Part shown: positions 1-12,762 of the stretch, piece by piece
Layout: every line of letters begins with the position of its first letter
Position numbering within the stretch: the stretch's first letter is position 1
DNA from: Macrostomum lignano
Taxonomy: Eukaryota
DNA: 64,000 nt
Direction: 5' to 3'
NCBI GenBank assembly: GCA_002269645.1
Contig: NIVC01001938.1
Span: 156,232 to 220,231, forward strand
Program-made: the position numbers and the translations under genes
The notes under the pieces: generated by a model
Database searches by the model: none
Seen by the model: the letters and a program-made list of their open reading frames with translations, nothing else
Told to the model about the DNA's origin: nothing

Positions 1-500
<500 letters not shown>

Positions 501-1788
501 CTCTGCAAAAAATTTTTGTCCTGAAATCTCATTTAGAAAATCTTGACAAGAAAAATGCATAATAAAAATACATAATTGTTTTAACCTGCTTACGGAAAGT
601 CAAGCAGGCAGACATGCACCCGATAGAGCGATCCTTTTCACATGCAATTACTGGCACAAGCTGTTTCAATACTAGCTAGAACTGATGAAACTGTGTGCCT
701 CTCTGTACACGTAGCTCTGTGCGCGTCAGCACACGTTTATTTATTATTACCTGCTCGCGCTTGGACACAGTACGAGGGTACAAATGCTTTTATTGTTCAA
801 TGCCTCAGTACAGTTAGACAACCTATGAGGTCTCAGTCAGCTAGCTGCTGTTACAGGGAGGGACAGTGGCTGCTGATTGGCTCTTTCTCTCTTTACAAAG
901 TCGTACCCAGAGCTAAGAGTTTTACATTAACAGTCATACGTTAACTTCTTTAGGCAAAAAGTAGAGTCAAGTTTAGTTTATAAAAAGGACTGCGACGACA
1001 GCTAACTAAATATGCATGATTCCAGCCTGCCTGCAGGGCGTCAGAATCAAGCAAAATCAAGCAAAGCCTGACTAGCTATTCGAAGTCGTGAGGCATAGCA
1101 AGACCAGGGACTTTTAAAGCTAGCACCACTAGACTGCTGGAAGCTAGAATAAAACGCACAAATCAAATAAACTAGTTCTTTCGAGTTAGGGCAACTGGGG
1201 ATAGGGAACTGGGGGGAGAGCAGGGAAACCGACAAACGAATAGAAATGCACAGGGCATTAATATGTGTCGCGACTTTCCTAGTCATTTCTTAGTTCACCT
1301 TCACTTGTCTCTGTTTACTCCGTTTTCTCTCTCTCTGTCTAGCTCAATCTTGTTATTCTTATCTCTCTCTCCCTTGCTGCGTTCTGATTGGCTCTCCGTT
1401 CTCGCCTCTTTCCTCAGTCGCGCACTCCACCCCCTCTCTTTATTATTCTGGGCTCAACCCCCCAAAGTTAAATGTTCTATAAATATATCGGTTTGGGCCC
1501 TGCGCCCACTTACTGCTCATCCTGCTCCTTCAATTTAACTCCAATTAAATACTCTTTAGTTTAGTATTTTTTCTACAATATGTGCTCGTTGTATGTACAA
1601 TTTAAGAAATTATTCACCCTCCTAACCCCCAGATCCTCCTTGCTTCTCTGCGAAGCACTGACAAAGAGTATATGATGCCTTGCACCGTGCAGGTTGCCCC
1701 TTAAATCACAAATCCACACTGCTATCATTTCCAAGAGCATGCTTCAGTACAAGCTTTAAATGCTGCATATATGTTCAGCCTACTGTTG

Positions 1789-2810
1789 ATGGTGTCTACT
1801 GTCTAATGCTCAACTCGAGCAACCACGGAATCTGGAGTGAGCCTCCGCAGCCAGCCTCTACAAGAAGCAGCTCTTCTTGAGAAATGGAAGCGAGCAAACC
1901 TGAGAATACTTTGAGCCGGCGAAGTTCTCCAAGATTTGCCCTCGCGATTTTTATTCCAATGACTTCATTGAAGCATCGGCGGATACCAACGTCACATGCA
2001 ATAAGAGAAGAAGCGAGTCGCTGTCAAGGAGTTTTCTGAAGCCTGGAGCGGTTCCATCCATCTTCCGAGAACGCTCCTATCTACTTGTGATCTGACAACA
2101 AGGCACCGCGAGCAACAATTGACATTGTCTGAGCGCATGGAGTTGGAGAGAGAGCTGGAATTGGAGTCTTTCTGGAAGCTGACTTTATTGCTGAGACGGA
2201 CCTTCAGGAGATTCAGCGCTAGCTGGAGCAGGAAGCAAGCACGCCAGCTGGATTTAAGACGGCTATCCAATACAACAGGCTCTTGGCTCTACCGTCTATA
2301 TGCTAGAGACAGTCAGTGTGTCGTGTTTCCTGCTACAACTGCCTAGCCGAAGGCCTTTCCGTCACGCATGGAGTTAATGGACTGCCACGAAAAGCAAGCA
2401 TCAGCGACTTACTGACTGGAGGAAAAGCTTTGACTCCCAAGTCCCAGTCAGCTTGTGAATCCATTATCCAGAATCAAGAATTAAACTAAAGATTCCTGCA
2501 AGGCTGAGTTTTCACCTGAGACCAAGGTCGCCAGTCTGCTGGATGCGGTGTGCAAGACCTCTTGGAGGCAGCAGAAGGGCTGACGGACAATCGGACTGTG
2601 AGCTTTGCCCTGGAGCAGCTGAAGCTGAGCAGGAAGTCATCATGCATCATGAGGTACTCCAAGGATCTCCTTGTGCTCTCCTACTTAATCTAATCCATCA
2701 GGATACAAGACCGTGCTTGAGCAGGACGTCATCTGCCTCTCATCTGATCGCACGCCGAGGTCCATAACTGCAAGAGTTGGATCTTCAAGCGGCGCGGCCT
2801 TTACAGCCAA
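1789..2810 (+). mobile_element. Decayed THAP-domain / P-element-like (THAP9-type) transposase 5' fragment
   Basis: Manual translation across stops and frameshifts gives a THAP-like segment GVSLRSQPLQEAALLEKWKRANLR/YFEPAKFSKICPRDFYSNDF...FLKPGAVPSIF (1834-2065). It is followed by LSFALEQLKLSRKSSCIMRYSKDLLVLSYLI and GYKTVLEQDVICLSSDRTPRSIT, resembling the RYS..L...Y..LR...LPS.RTL region of P-element transposases. No catalytic core seen. Confidence 0.7.
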
Positions 2811-3249
2811 GGCTACTTTGCGCTGCTGAGAGTTTCAAAGCTGTTAACTCTGCTACATCTGCTACATCTGTAACATCTGCTACAGCAAGGAAGCAAGGAC
2901 TGGCGAACTTTGTGTCTGTTGCGAATATTTTTGCAACCACGGCAAAAATATGTCTATGTCCCTTTAAACTACTGACAGACTTGTCTCAAACGCCGTTGGC
3001 TTAATTAAATTTTTCTTGCAATTTGCATGGTCGGTCTTCCTATTGAATGCATTGAGAGTGGTTTATCTTGGGAACATAAGATCTATGCTCGAGTTTTATA
3101 TTCCGCATGCGTGCATTTACAGGTATATGTACCATTGCATCTATATGCACATGTATGAACCTGGGTGCATTTATATAAACTTACTTGCTTGCCTTTTGTT
3201 TATCTCTATGTCTATGGGCAAGACCGAATCAACTGCTGCCAAATCATTG

Positions 3250-3376
3250 ATTCCTGCACGGTCACGAGTGCTAGAGCGCACACTCGTGCATGATGTTCTT
3301 CGCTCACGAGTGAACGTGAAGGAATACCATTATTGGATGAGTCATCGTGCAACAATGCACAAAACCGTGCAGGAAT
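3250..3376. mobile_element. Small element with 13-bp terminal inverted repeats (MITE-like)
   Basis: ATTCCTGCACGGT (3250-3262) and its exact reverse complement ACCGTGCAGGAAT (3364-3376); no clear TSD. Confidence 0.35.
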
Positions 3377-3420
3377 GCATTTCTACGCCTAATGCTTTTT
3401 CAGTGAGATTTTACCATAGA

Positions 3421-4341
3421 TAGACATTCCGTTCCTGGACGCAAAAGCGTGCAAGAATGTCATTCCTTCACAGAGAATAAGCCGAAAATGCAACGCAGAG
3501 AGAAGTTAAAGATTAAGATGCAGCTCAGAATGCATGCTGAAACCAGGAAGCAGGACAACGCAGAATGCAATGCTCAGAATGGCTGCATCGCCAGGCAACC
3601 TCCTCCGCTGTAACAGCCACGCCCAGCGACTCTCTCGCCACCCGCTCCAACAACATAGACCTCCATTCCTCCTGGCTGATGCCGCCGGGGGCACCTGCTT
3701 CCTCTCCGACAACGTCCGGCTGCGTCAGGCGGCTTTTGATTGCTGCCTTTAGCAAAGAGTTGGCGAATTTTGCCGCATTCAGGAGTGGCGAGTACGGCGG
3801 CATTGATGTGCAGCGAAATGCGGTGCTGAGGCTGCTGCGGAATGCGAGCCGCGCGGTGGAAATGTGGCCAGTCCATCAAGGGGCCATGCACACTGTCACA
3901 TTTGCATGGCCCTCGCTGCGTGGAGACAGTTCGCAAGACTTTCGTCCCTTTCAAACTGCGGCCCTGGGAGCGTCTTGTCCATAAATTGAAGGCCATCCAA
4001 AAATTGATGAACTCGTCGTCCACTTCCGTACACTTCTGTATTGAGGAATTCCCGCGTCTCGTTGTCAACCTACCAGCTCGCGTCCTTTCGGCCGCCTCGT
4101 GGCAACGACTCATCTCTTCCCTCCTCCCTGTGCAGCTTTATGATCCGGTGGGCGGATGCCCTCGAGCACCCTAGCAGCATTTTTGACAGAGGCGCCACCG
4201 TTCACCGTGTCTTTGAGCCGGCTTTCGATCAGCAGAACTCGCAGGGAGTGCGATTTCGTATGCAGAGAGTGGGGTTACGAGCTAGGCGAAATGACAGTAA
4301 ATGTCAAATTCTCAATTTGCTTGTCGAACTGTCAATGTCTA
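3421..4341 (-). mobile_element. Internally deleted, decayed IS630/Tc1-mariner superfamily transposon
   Basis: Minus-strand peptides FNLWTRRSQGRSLKG..V...QRG (region just after the first catalytic D) and PPYSPLLNAAKFANSLLKAAIKSRL (the LPPYSP.LNPIE motif), with frameshifts. Ends TAGACATT (3421) and AATGTCTA (4341) are inverted, continue as an imperfect ~45-bp TIR, and have TA at both ends. Confidence 0.75.
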
Positions 4342-4814
4342 CTTGTATGTCTATATCCTTGCCTATTTCTATGCCTATTTCTATATTAATATCTATGTCT
4401 ATGCTGACCAAAAGCTTTAAGTTATTGTCGAGGCGAACGACGCGAGCAGGGGACCACTAAATGCGTCCTGCAGGAATTCCAAACCATATAAAGTGAATTA
4501 AGCCTTTCTTACTTCGTTTCTTTTGCCCGTCCAAATGATGATTTTTAACATTGACCATCAACATGTTCGAAGTCGTTTTGGCTATTATAGACAAATGAAT
4601 AGACAAGGAAGACATAGGATTTTTTCCAACTTGGCCCGGTCTTTCTGATCGACATAACAAGTATTTCAATTGTAATGGAAGTACGAACGAAGGTGGAAAA
4701 AAGGGAAGTTGTTTGTCTTGTTACTATTCTGTTTATGTTTATGACACAGTTTGGCTAATGTAAGTCAGAAAAGTCATGGCTAAGTAATAACAGTCTTAAG
4801 TGGAATCAGTAACA

Positions 4815-6107
4815 CTAAATTGTACAAGTAAGTATAGGAACTATAGACGAAAATGAGACAGACATAAACATGCGCTCTCTATAGCTTAAGTGCAAAAAGT
4901 TATGCAAAGTAAATGTACTGTCGGGAATGCGCTTCGACATAAAATCGTCTTTAGCCATTCGCCGACAATATTGCCGTTGTCTCTCATTCAGCCGGCCAGC
5001 ATCTGAGCAAATTTGCCGCATAATCCTTGGCAGGTAGCCCCAATCGCTGACTGGCTGGAAGGCCTCCGGTTCAGCCAGCATGTTGCCGCACCAGTCGGCA
5101 GGTCTGTCGCTCGGCTTCAGCATGGTGTACTCATCGTAGAATGACTGCAGCATCTTTGGCCCAGTCACTAAAACAGCATCATCGACTGTTCTTTGTGTGA
5201 TATTGGCCCAATTCTTCTCGAACCAGGACGGCCATTTCATCAGCACGAAGCTCAGGAAGCTGTGATTCGCTCGGCTCATCATCACAGCATTCGAAATCAT
5301 TGAATCAATATTGAATATGAATATTGAATGCTCTATTGGCTCCTGACTCCACACGGCTGACTCACAGTCGAAGTTCGGAGTCAGCCCCACTCCCTGAAGC
5401 TGCGACGGTCTCAGCAGCGGTGTCGGATCTCGAAGCAGCTCCACATCAGTGTCGATGTACAGACCGCCGACGTGGTGCAGCACGACCAGACGGCCGATGT
5501 CTGATCGCTCCAGCCCGTTGACCAGCTTGCGGTAGCTTTGAACAAGGTACGGATAGTGCTTCGAGATGAGCTCGGAGATCTGCTTGTCGTCCCAGTGCAT
5601 GAAGTGCCAGCTCTCTGAGCTGGCCTTGTTGACGTTGTCATTAGTTAATCGTCTCCATGTGCGCACAATGGGAATTATCTCACTAGGAACTCGGCCGTCT
5701 TTGCTGGTCCAGTGCACCAGCGGCGGGATGGAGTCTGGGAACTGGGAGGGCAGCTTGCTGCAAGGCAGCCCGTCTGGCAAATTTGATTGCGCAGTCTTCT
5801 TAGCAGGAATCCGACCGCAGTCTGTTTTGGGTCCGCAAGACTGCTCCAGTTCAATTCTGACCAGACTGGGAAGCACTTTCAATGCCACAACCAGCAGCAT
5901 TATAAGCAGCAGACCGCGAATTCGTCCTTAATTTTTTCGCAGATGGGGGGGGCAATTCGCTTTTTAAATCTATTAAAGTACAAGAACAGACTACGGTGCA
6001 TGTATACATGTAAAGGCGTAAGTCTGCTGAATGTTGCAACGTGACATTCAAATTTACTCACCGATGTTGTCCATTCGGCAGTTGTTGATGTGTCTACGAA
6101 TGGTCAT
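4815..6107 (-). CDS. Glycosyltransferase family 32 (DXD sugar-binding; SUR1/Och1/A4GALT-like) type II membrane protein; model complement(join(4815..5926,6062..6107)), ~385 aa
   Basis: 361-aa ORF with IIPIVRTW..., ERSDIGRLVVLHHVGGLYIDTDV (DXD) and ISNAVMMSRANHSFL. An N-terminal hydrophobic stretch extends upstream of the ORF Met. A G|GTGAGT donor at 6061 and an AAG acceptor at 5927 join in phase 1 to a 15-codon first exon; this first exon is less certain than the main exon. Confidence 0.85.
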
Positions 6108-7884
6108 TTCGACGTGTTCACTGCCCAGGAACCGTGAGAGATTCCTATCTTTCTTTCTTTAATTAACAAATTTCGCTTCTTTCATCAAGAAATTATTCAT
6201 TTACTTATATTTCCACCAGTTGTCACATGCAATTGTCCCGCAGCTGGAATTGTGTGTGTTCCTCTTTGCTGCCTGATTCAATAAAAAGCATATAGACAGA
6301 GTCATTTATAGTAAGTGTGAGATCCAAGCAATATAGTGTTAGCACTAGCTGCCTGAACAAAACCATTTTTTCACCGGAAGCGAAGCACATTATTTTTTCC
6401 ACACCTGCTGTTAAAAAAAAACTATTTCTTTAGATTTTTTCCTTGATTACAGCAATTAGTTGATTATGTAAAAAGTTATTGGAGGAACAAACTTCCGCTA
6501 CAGGCTTTAAGCTCGTAGTCACTGCTCTATTTGTAGTCGTATCTCTCAAATTACAATTTTAGTGCAGTGATGGGTTTCGACCTTCCAGCCCCCTTGTGGG
6601 GAAGCCTTCGGGCCTCAGGTCTCAGAAATAAATCAGTTAGAGTCCTGGCCCCCCACTCCTGTCAGATGGTCAGCCCCATGGTAGCTTGATCGTGTGGCGA
6701 GCAGTCTAGGTCCTATAGCTAAGAGAGGGACAGCGAGAGACAAGCAGGGAGAATTTTGAAGGTAGAAATTTGTTAATCCGCAGATTAGCCAACTCGCTGC
6801 CACCAGCCCGTATGTCCTGGCTCACCACACCGGGACTCTCGAAATCGGGCTTCCGACTAGAGGGGGCTTTGCACTTACCTGCCAACTAGTGTCTTTTTGC
6901 TGTCAATCTCGAAGTCATAGCCGATGTTAAGGGACACTGCTGGGACTTGATCGCATTGGCCATGCAGGTACAGAGGGGACTTGTGCAGGGGATTCTTGCA
7001 GTGGCGAGACTATGGGGTAGCTACATGTACTATTACATTGCTAAATACGAGGAATTGTACTTTTGGCCTTCAACGCGCCAACTAGCCTCTCATAGCGCTG
7101 ATGATAGACTAACTCGAACATCAGAGACCGCATGATTCGTCACCCGAGCCGCTTGGCTAACCTAGAGTGCACAGAGTACATCTCTGGAGCCGATTCTGCA
7201 CTACTGGCAGTTTCGCTAACTGATTTGATAGATTGATCGACTGAGAACTGCCTTGCCATTGGTCCACTGTGACCGGCGCCTACTAGCTTAGCTATTCATC
7301 TGAGCCATCGGCGAACAAAGAAATGAAACCGATAAAATAACTGTTAGATTTAACCTTCTCCTTAGATCGCTTCACACCTCAGATTGAATTGGAGTTTTAG
7401 ACTACTAGCAGTATTATTGAATGATTTCTGCCTCAGTAACAGCACTACTGAACAAAACGAGCAAAAGTGTGCGCCTAATCCAGCTACTGAAACAGGGGAC
7501 AGATAAGGAATCACCCAATCAAGCAAGTCTAGGCAGCCTCTCACCCAACCAATCAGAAACTCAACAGCCGGAGACCAGGTAATCCACAGTGACCGAATCG
7601 GCTTAGTGCTTCGCAGCTGTAGACCCGGGATGATGCTGATGTCGCAATCTTCGCTGATAGCTAGCAGGTGATGCTCTTCACTTTGATGTTCGCTGCTGAT
7701 GACCGGGGGGACTCGTCCTTGATGATGATGGGGGGAAGTCGCAATCTGGGGATCAAGAAGCGACGGTCAGTTCCTGGCCGGTGGAGCCAAGGGTAGCACC
7801 CGGTCGCCAGAAGGTTTGCAGAGGTAACACCCGGAAAGGGGGGGGTAGCACCCCGAAAGGTGCCGTCCGAGCGGGCCAAAAACT

Positions 7885-8025
7885 CCGGTTTAAATAGCCG
7901 CCAACTGGACCGCAGTTTGTTATAATGGGACACGTCGATTCTGATTGGCTGAGCCGATTTGTTAAAATGAGCGTCGAATTTTCTGATTGGCTAAGCTTGT
8001 TGCTACCCAGAATCACGTGACCGGG
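7885..8025 (-). promoter_or_regulatory. Promoter-like cluster (E-box, two CCAAT boxes, TATA-like box), possibly part of a repeat element
   Basis: TCACGTGA at ~8013, CTGATTGGCT at 7941 and 7983 inside an imperfect direct repeat, and TATTTAAA on the minus strand near 7890. No downstream gene identified. Confidence 0.25.
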
Positions 8026-8766
8026 AGATCCTATCAGTTCCCTCGGGGTCGTAAAAACATGACAGGTGCGGCCATAAATCAATCAAAATCGCAACAAAAT
8101 GATTTATGACTTTTTGCGTAGAATTGACAAAAGTTAATGAAAAAATATACATTAGAAAGCTCTTATTAAATAGAAAGTGAAGATAATGAAGAGAAATCGC
8201 TAATCGCTAATCCAAACGTACTTTTAGGGATAAAACTCATAGCTGTCAAAACTGTCACACGCTTGAGTGAACACGAACAATAGGCCCAGACCTCATAAAT
8301 CTTGATGGCCTGTCAAAATGATGAGAAAAAAGCTACCGCCCGCATCCTCTCAGACCATCTGGCGCCCGCCTCAACACTGAGTGAGGCGCAGGTGGCTGTC
8401 AGACCAGCTTAGAAAGCGATGATTTATGACCCAAAAAGCTGCGCCTATGTTATTATGACTACTAGTATGACCAAACATTATATCCTGTGTAGATTCTATG
8501 ACAATTCGCAGAAAAAGGATAAAAATGCCCATTGCCCACTGTTAGTAGGCTAGTAAGTTCAGAGCACATATGTGCTAGCGCGGGATTTGGAAAAAAGTGC
8601 GTCCTCATCTGATGCAGCGCAATGTACATAGCAAAAGTTGCCGAGGGGTCACCCCCACTGCATGGCAGAGACATTTCCTGCATGAATGAATATATAACAT
8701 TAAAAGCTGTAATACATGTATATTACAGAAGCTGTAGCGCCCTAATCGACGGCAAAAGTACATGTA

Positions 8767-8990
8767 TCGACGTCGGCCGACGTTCCCAACGTCCATCATC
8801 GTCGAATTAAAATATGTACGTTTACATTAAACCGGCGGATATCGACGTCATACGTCAATATACTGTGAAAATAATTAGAGACCTACGGATTACGACGTCA
8901 TGCGTCGGCTGATCGAACGTTGGTGGAATGTAAAAGTACATATTTGTCAGCGACATCGATATAGACTTCGAGAACGTCGGCCGACGTCGA
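8767..8990. repeat. CpG-dense 19-bp inverted repeat pair (MITE-like or fold-back element)
   Basis: TCGACGTCGGCCGACGTTC (8767-8785) and its exact reverse complement (8972-8990); each copy contains the 14-bp palindrome ACGTCGGCCGACGT. Confidence 0.6.
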
Positions 8991-9589
8991 ATTACTGTAC
9001 GGGTAGTTTGCCTCTGTTTTGGCGCCCTATTGGATTGTAGTTGTTTGGTATATATAGCTTAATCCCCTTAAAAATTTTCTGAATCCATCCCTGTTTCGAT
9101 TACACATAAATTTCTAGTCAATTGGCTTGTTGGTTGAAGCTTATTCACAGATCTACATTGTAATTCAGGCTGTGCATGCACACGTACATGTACATGTATA
9201 AAGTTTTAAGATGTGAATTTTCCGATTGACTCTCTGAAATAATTGTCTGCGGCGGTGAGGCCCACACAATTGACGCTATAGCTTCACGTGTACAAAGTAG
9301 GATGCAGCTTTTCTCGAAACAGAATCCAAAGCCTCTAGAAGTCATGTGGACTGAAGACAATAATGCATGGATGCGAGGCGTTTCTTCTAGAAATCGACTC
9401 TGATCATCGAGATATAGCTATACACCCTTTATGGTGGTTGCCCTTGCCTTTTTGAAGAAATTAAAACGTTTCTCGTAAACGTAATTAATACTCGTAATTA
9501 AGAAATAAATGTTGGACACAACGTGCTCTGTATTTGCACCTGATGCAGCTCCCAACAACGCGCTCTGATGGTCCGCGCTGGAACTCCGC

Positions 9590-9890
9590 CCCTGAGCGCT
9601 TACCCTGCGCTATGCGCTATGCAGCGCCGTCAGATGAACACGGACGACCCTGGGTCGTGGTGCGCCCGTCCTTCTGGTCCTGCATGGCCCAGCTGCTGCA
9701 GGGGCCGAAAGAGCAATTGCGCCCCGTCCAGGCCCAAGCACACTGCTGCCACTAACGGACTGCATGTGCCTCTCATCGCTGACTTACAGGCGCTTGAGCT
9801 GACCCCTCTCTGGCAACTGCTGCCTGGCCCCCTCCGCCTGTTCTGCGAGCGCGTGCGCGCAAGGGGCCTGCCTCTCTGGATCCTAATAGA
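9590..9890 (+). pseudogene. Degenerate RING + B-box (TRIM-like) fragment
   Basis: PCAMRYAAPSDEHGRPWVVVRPSFWSCMAQLL resembles a RING with eroded ligands (C..C...P....CGHSFC..C..L). After a frameshift, GPLRLFCERV..GLPLWI resembles a B-box LRLFCE.C...LC motif. Confidence 0.4.
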
Positions 9891-11381
9891 AAGGCGATCA
9901 GTATATATACGAGTATATATATATGTATGTGCATGCATGTAACAGTATAGTTTCTCGCGTTCTGAAGTATAGAAATTTTCTCTGAGAAAGATAAAATCTT
10001 TTACGTATAAAATTTTACTTAATTTGATAACTATGTCATGTATGGAATCACAGTGTGAGTGATACTGCAATACTTTTATGAATTCTGGTTAATTTATCAA
10101 TATTGCCGTGTCCAATCTACGCTCGTACATGTACATGTATTTAGACTCTTCTCCAAGTAAAATTATTTTTATTTTTGGGGCTTTTTTATTTTGTTTTATT
10201 ATTTTTTAAGAAATTGATGTAAGGAATATTACATTAGGGGTTGCACAGATCGTTAACGTTCGGAAAATTTTATTTTAGAAGTTTAATTAGCATTATTAAT
10301 ATTATTTTTATGTCGATTGAAACATTCAAACTAGAATAGCATTTTTGCGCCTGCTGTGATCATGGTCACACATTTTGTTAAATTTGATTAAATTTTTTTA
10401 AAAGTTCGAATGCAACATTGAATTCAGAAATTCAACTTGATCATGCGCAGAATATTGCACAATTTCATAAATGATGTGCAAAACTGCGCTAGGCCCTAGC
10501 AAGATATCCGTCCGTGTATGAAATTTACGAGCCTTCTATTCTTAAACTAAATTCAATGAAATCGACAACATATTTTTAATATTAATAACGATTAAAATTG
10601 CATGTGCCATAGATATAAGATAAGTCCTTGTTAAAGTGTGAATTTAGTTATAAGTTATTATAATTATAACTTAGACTAGGGTTAAGGATCCAGGTCAGGT
10701 AGTATTTTTAAAAATCAACATGACATGACAACAAGGCTAAGATATATGGGCATATTTGGCTATCTAAATATAGACTATTTAGATAGCCAAATCTAAATTT
10801 TATGCAAATAGGATAGGCCTAACTTGAACCTTAAATTTGCACTATCTAATAGGCCTACAATCCTATATATACTAGTGTTCTCATGTTTCTGCCATTATGC
10901 CATGGTATAAGCCTATTGTATTTACAGTATAAGGTAGCCTATGCATAATTAGGTTATTACTTTTTGCTGGCATCCCAGGATCTTGTGACATTATGGTTAG
11001 GGGCCTAGGCCTAATATAGGGGCCTGGTTAATGTCAAGATTAATTTCTAGTCCATAAGTCCAAGGCCAAATAATAGATTTACTAAGCAATTATAAATCTA
11101 AGTAAGACAATTAATATCATTTTTAGAATACATGGGTCTAGGATAGGTGGTAGGGTTATGATCACAATATTTGCTAGAATCTTAGTTGGTGCATGTCTAG
11201 GCTAAGGTGGCTATACACTAAGTAAGGTAGCCACAATACAGGCAGTGTTCTAAATTATGCCCAGCTTATGCAAACAGAAAAAACTTTAATTTTTTAAAAA
11301 TTATTATAAGCAAGGCTTATTCTATAACTAGACTATAGGCCTAGTTAAACAATTATTGGCCTAATTATCAATAATAGTATT

Positions 11382-12762
11382 GGGCACAGGACATTTCGTC
11401 CAAAGGGTATGACATTTTGTCCAATGGGAAATGGGAATGACATTTTGTCCAATATACAAATTTTAGTCTAATCAATGTATTTTAGGTGAGGGTGCATTTG
11501 AGTGTATAGCAATGCATTGTAGTAGCATTGCAGTAAAACTTCAAGTATTTAAAATGGTACATATAGGCCTAGCATGCCATTGCCATAATAATAATAGCTT
11601 ATAGGCTTCATAAAATATAGCATTGCATTAAAACTTCAAATAGTAAAATGGTACATATAGAATGCCATGTTAATGCAAATGTTAAGCAGGAAATGCATCA
11701 GGTTTGACAAATTTTGACAAGTAAATATGGCTCATGGACTTCAGGAAGCTATCAGGGCTAATTTGTCCATTTTTTAGAAGTTGCCTGAAAGTCTTTGTTC
11801 TTTCTCTAAAATTACACCTATACATGTATTGTACACTATACTGTAAGCTTTAACCTTAAGGCTTAGGCTTGACTTATGTTCTGTTGTATTATCATTGATG
11901 AGTACAAAATAGCTGCTGATGGAGCTAGTGCGACTGCTGCCCCAATTCAACAAGGAGCTACTGATAGAGCTAGCGCAACTGCAGCCTTAATTCAACAAGG
12001 AGCTACTGACAAAGCTAGCGCAACTGTAGTAATAATTCAATATAGAGCTGCTGATAGAGCTAGCGCAACTGCAGCCCAATTGCTGCACTTATTGCATGCC
12101 ACAGCTTCTTGTCATGGCAATATAGACTTTTTGCACCTGATGCACTCATTGTCCAACATTGTAATTGTAATTTTGGCTTAGTGTGTCAAAAGGTGACTCA
12201 TGGAATTTATACTACATGTACAACATCCAAGCTAGACTAGCACTACCACTTAAATAACAACATGCACCAATAGTACAACAGCTATAGAGGGGTTGAGTGG
12301 CGGAGCATAATAAATCCCCCTCTTGGCCAAATTTAGGTGTTTTCCAAGGCACATCTAGTTTGTACACTGCCTGATAACAAGAAAATCAGGGCAGATGTAT
12401 ACCTAATGGGCATTCTTGAATGGGCCTTGAAATGCCCAAAGCAACCCCAGCAAACTAACCAACTTTACATAACTGTATTGAACACTCGCTACCCATTTTC
12501 TTTACACCCACTTTACTCCACTCTCAAATGTACATGAAACTACATGTACATATTTCAGCACTAGTCACAATGAACCCTTCACTGAATGTACCCTTTTAAA
12601 CAATGAACACTTCAATTGATTAGACTAAAATTAACAAAATTTTCAGACAAAATGTTGTGCCCATGGGACAAAATGTTGTACCCTTTGGCTTTGGAGGAAA
12701 TTTTGTGCCCTCAGATAAAGTGTCCTGGACAAAATGTCCCTTGGATGAAATGTCGTAGATTC
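11382..12762. mobile_element. Non-autonomous TIR DNA transposon, ~1.38 kb, with 8(-9)-bp target-site duplication
   Basis: ATAGTATT(G) directly flanks both ends (11374-11381 and 12763-12770). Subterminal GACATTT(C/T)GTCC repeats on the left are mirrored by GGACAAAATGT/GGATGAAATGTC on the right. AATTTTAGTCTAATCAAT (~11459) is inverted at ~12615. No transposase ORF. Confidence 0.75.
11908..12080. repeat. 45-bp tandem repeat (~4 copies) inside the TIR element
   Basis: Unit ~AGCTACTGATAGAGCTAGCGCAACTGCAGCCTTAATTCAACAAGG. Confidence 0.85.

Noticed and set aside
600-1560. Short ORFs and two CTGATTGGCTCT-containing segments
   Set aside because: No recognisable protein motif or element ends; probably old repeat debris.
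4815-5900. Intronless, horizontally acquired glycosyltransferase
   Set aside because: A phase-compatible 135-nt 5' intron and first exon can be modelled, and nothing in the sequence alone supports transfer.
6560-7800. Possible hAT end (CAGTGATGGG) and minus-strand exon-like pieces with a GTAAGT donor
   Set aside because: No matching opposite terminus and no recognisable protein family.
6000-12550. Recurring TACATGTA palindromes
   Set aside because: Short dispersed simple motif common in many marine invertebrate genomes; no positional pattern here.
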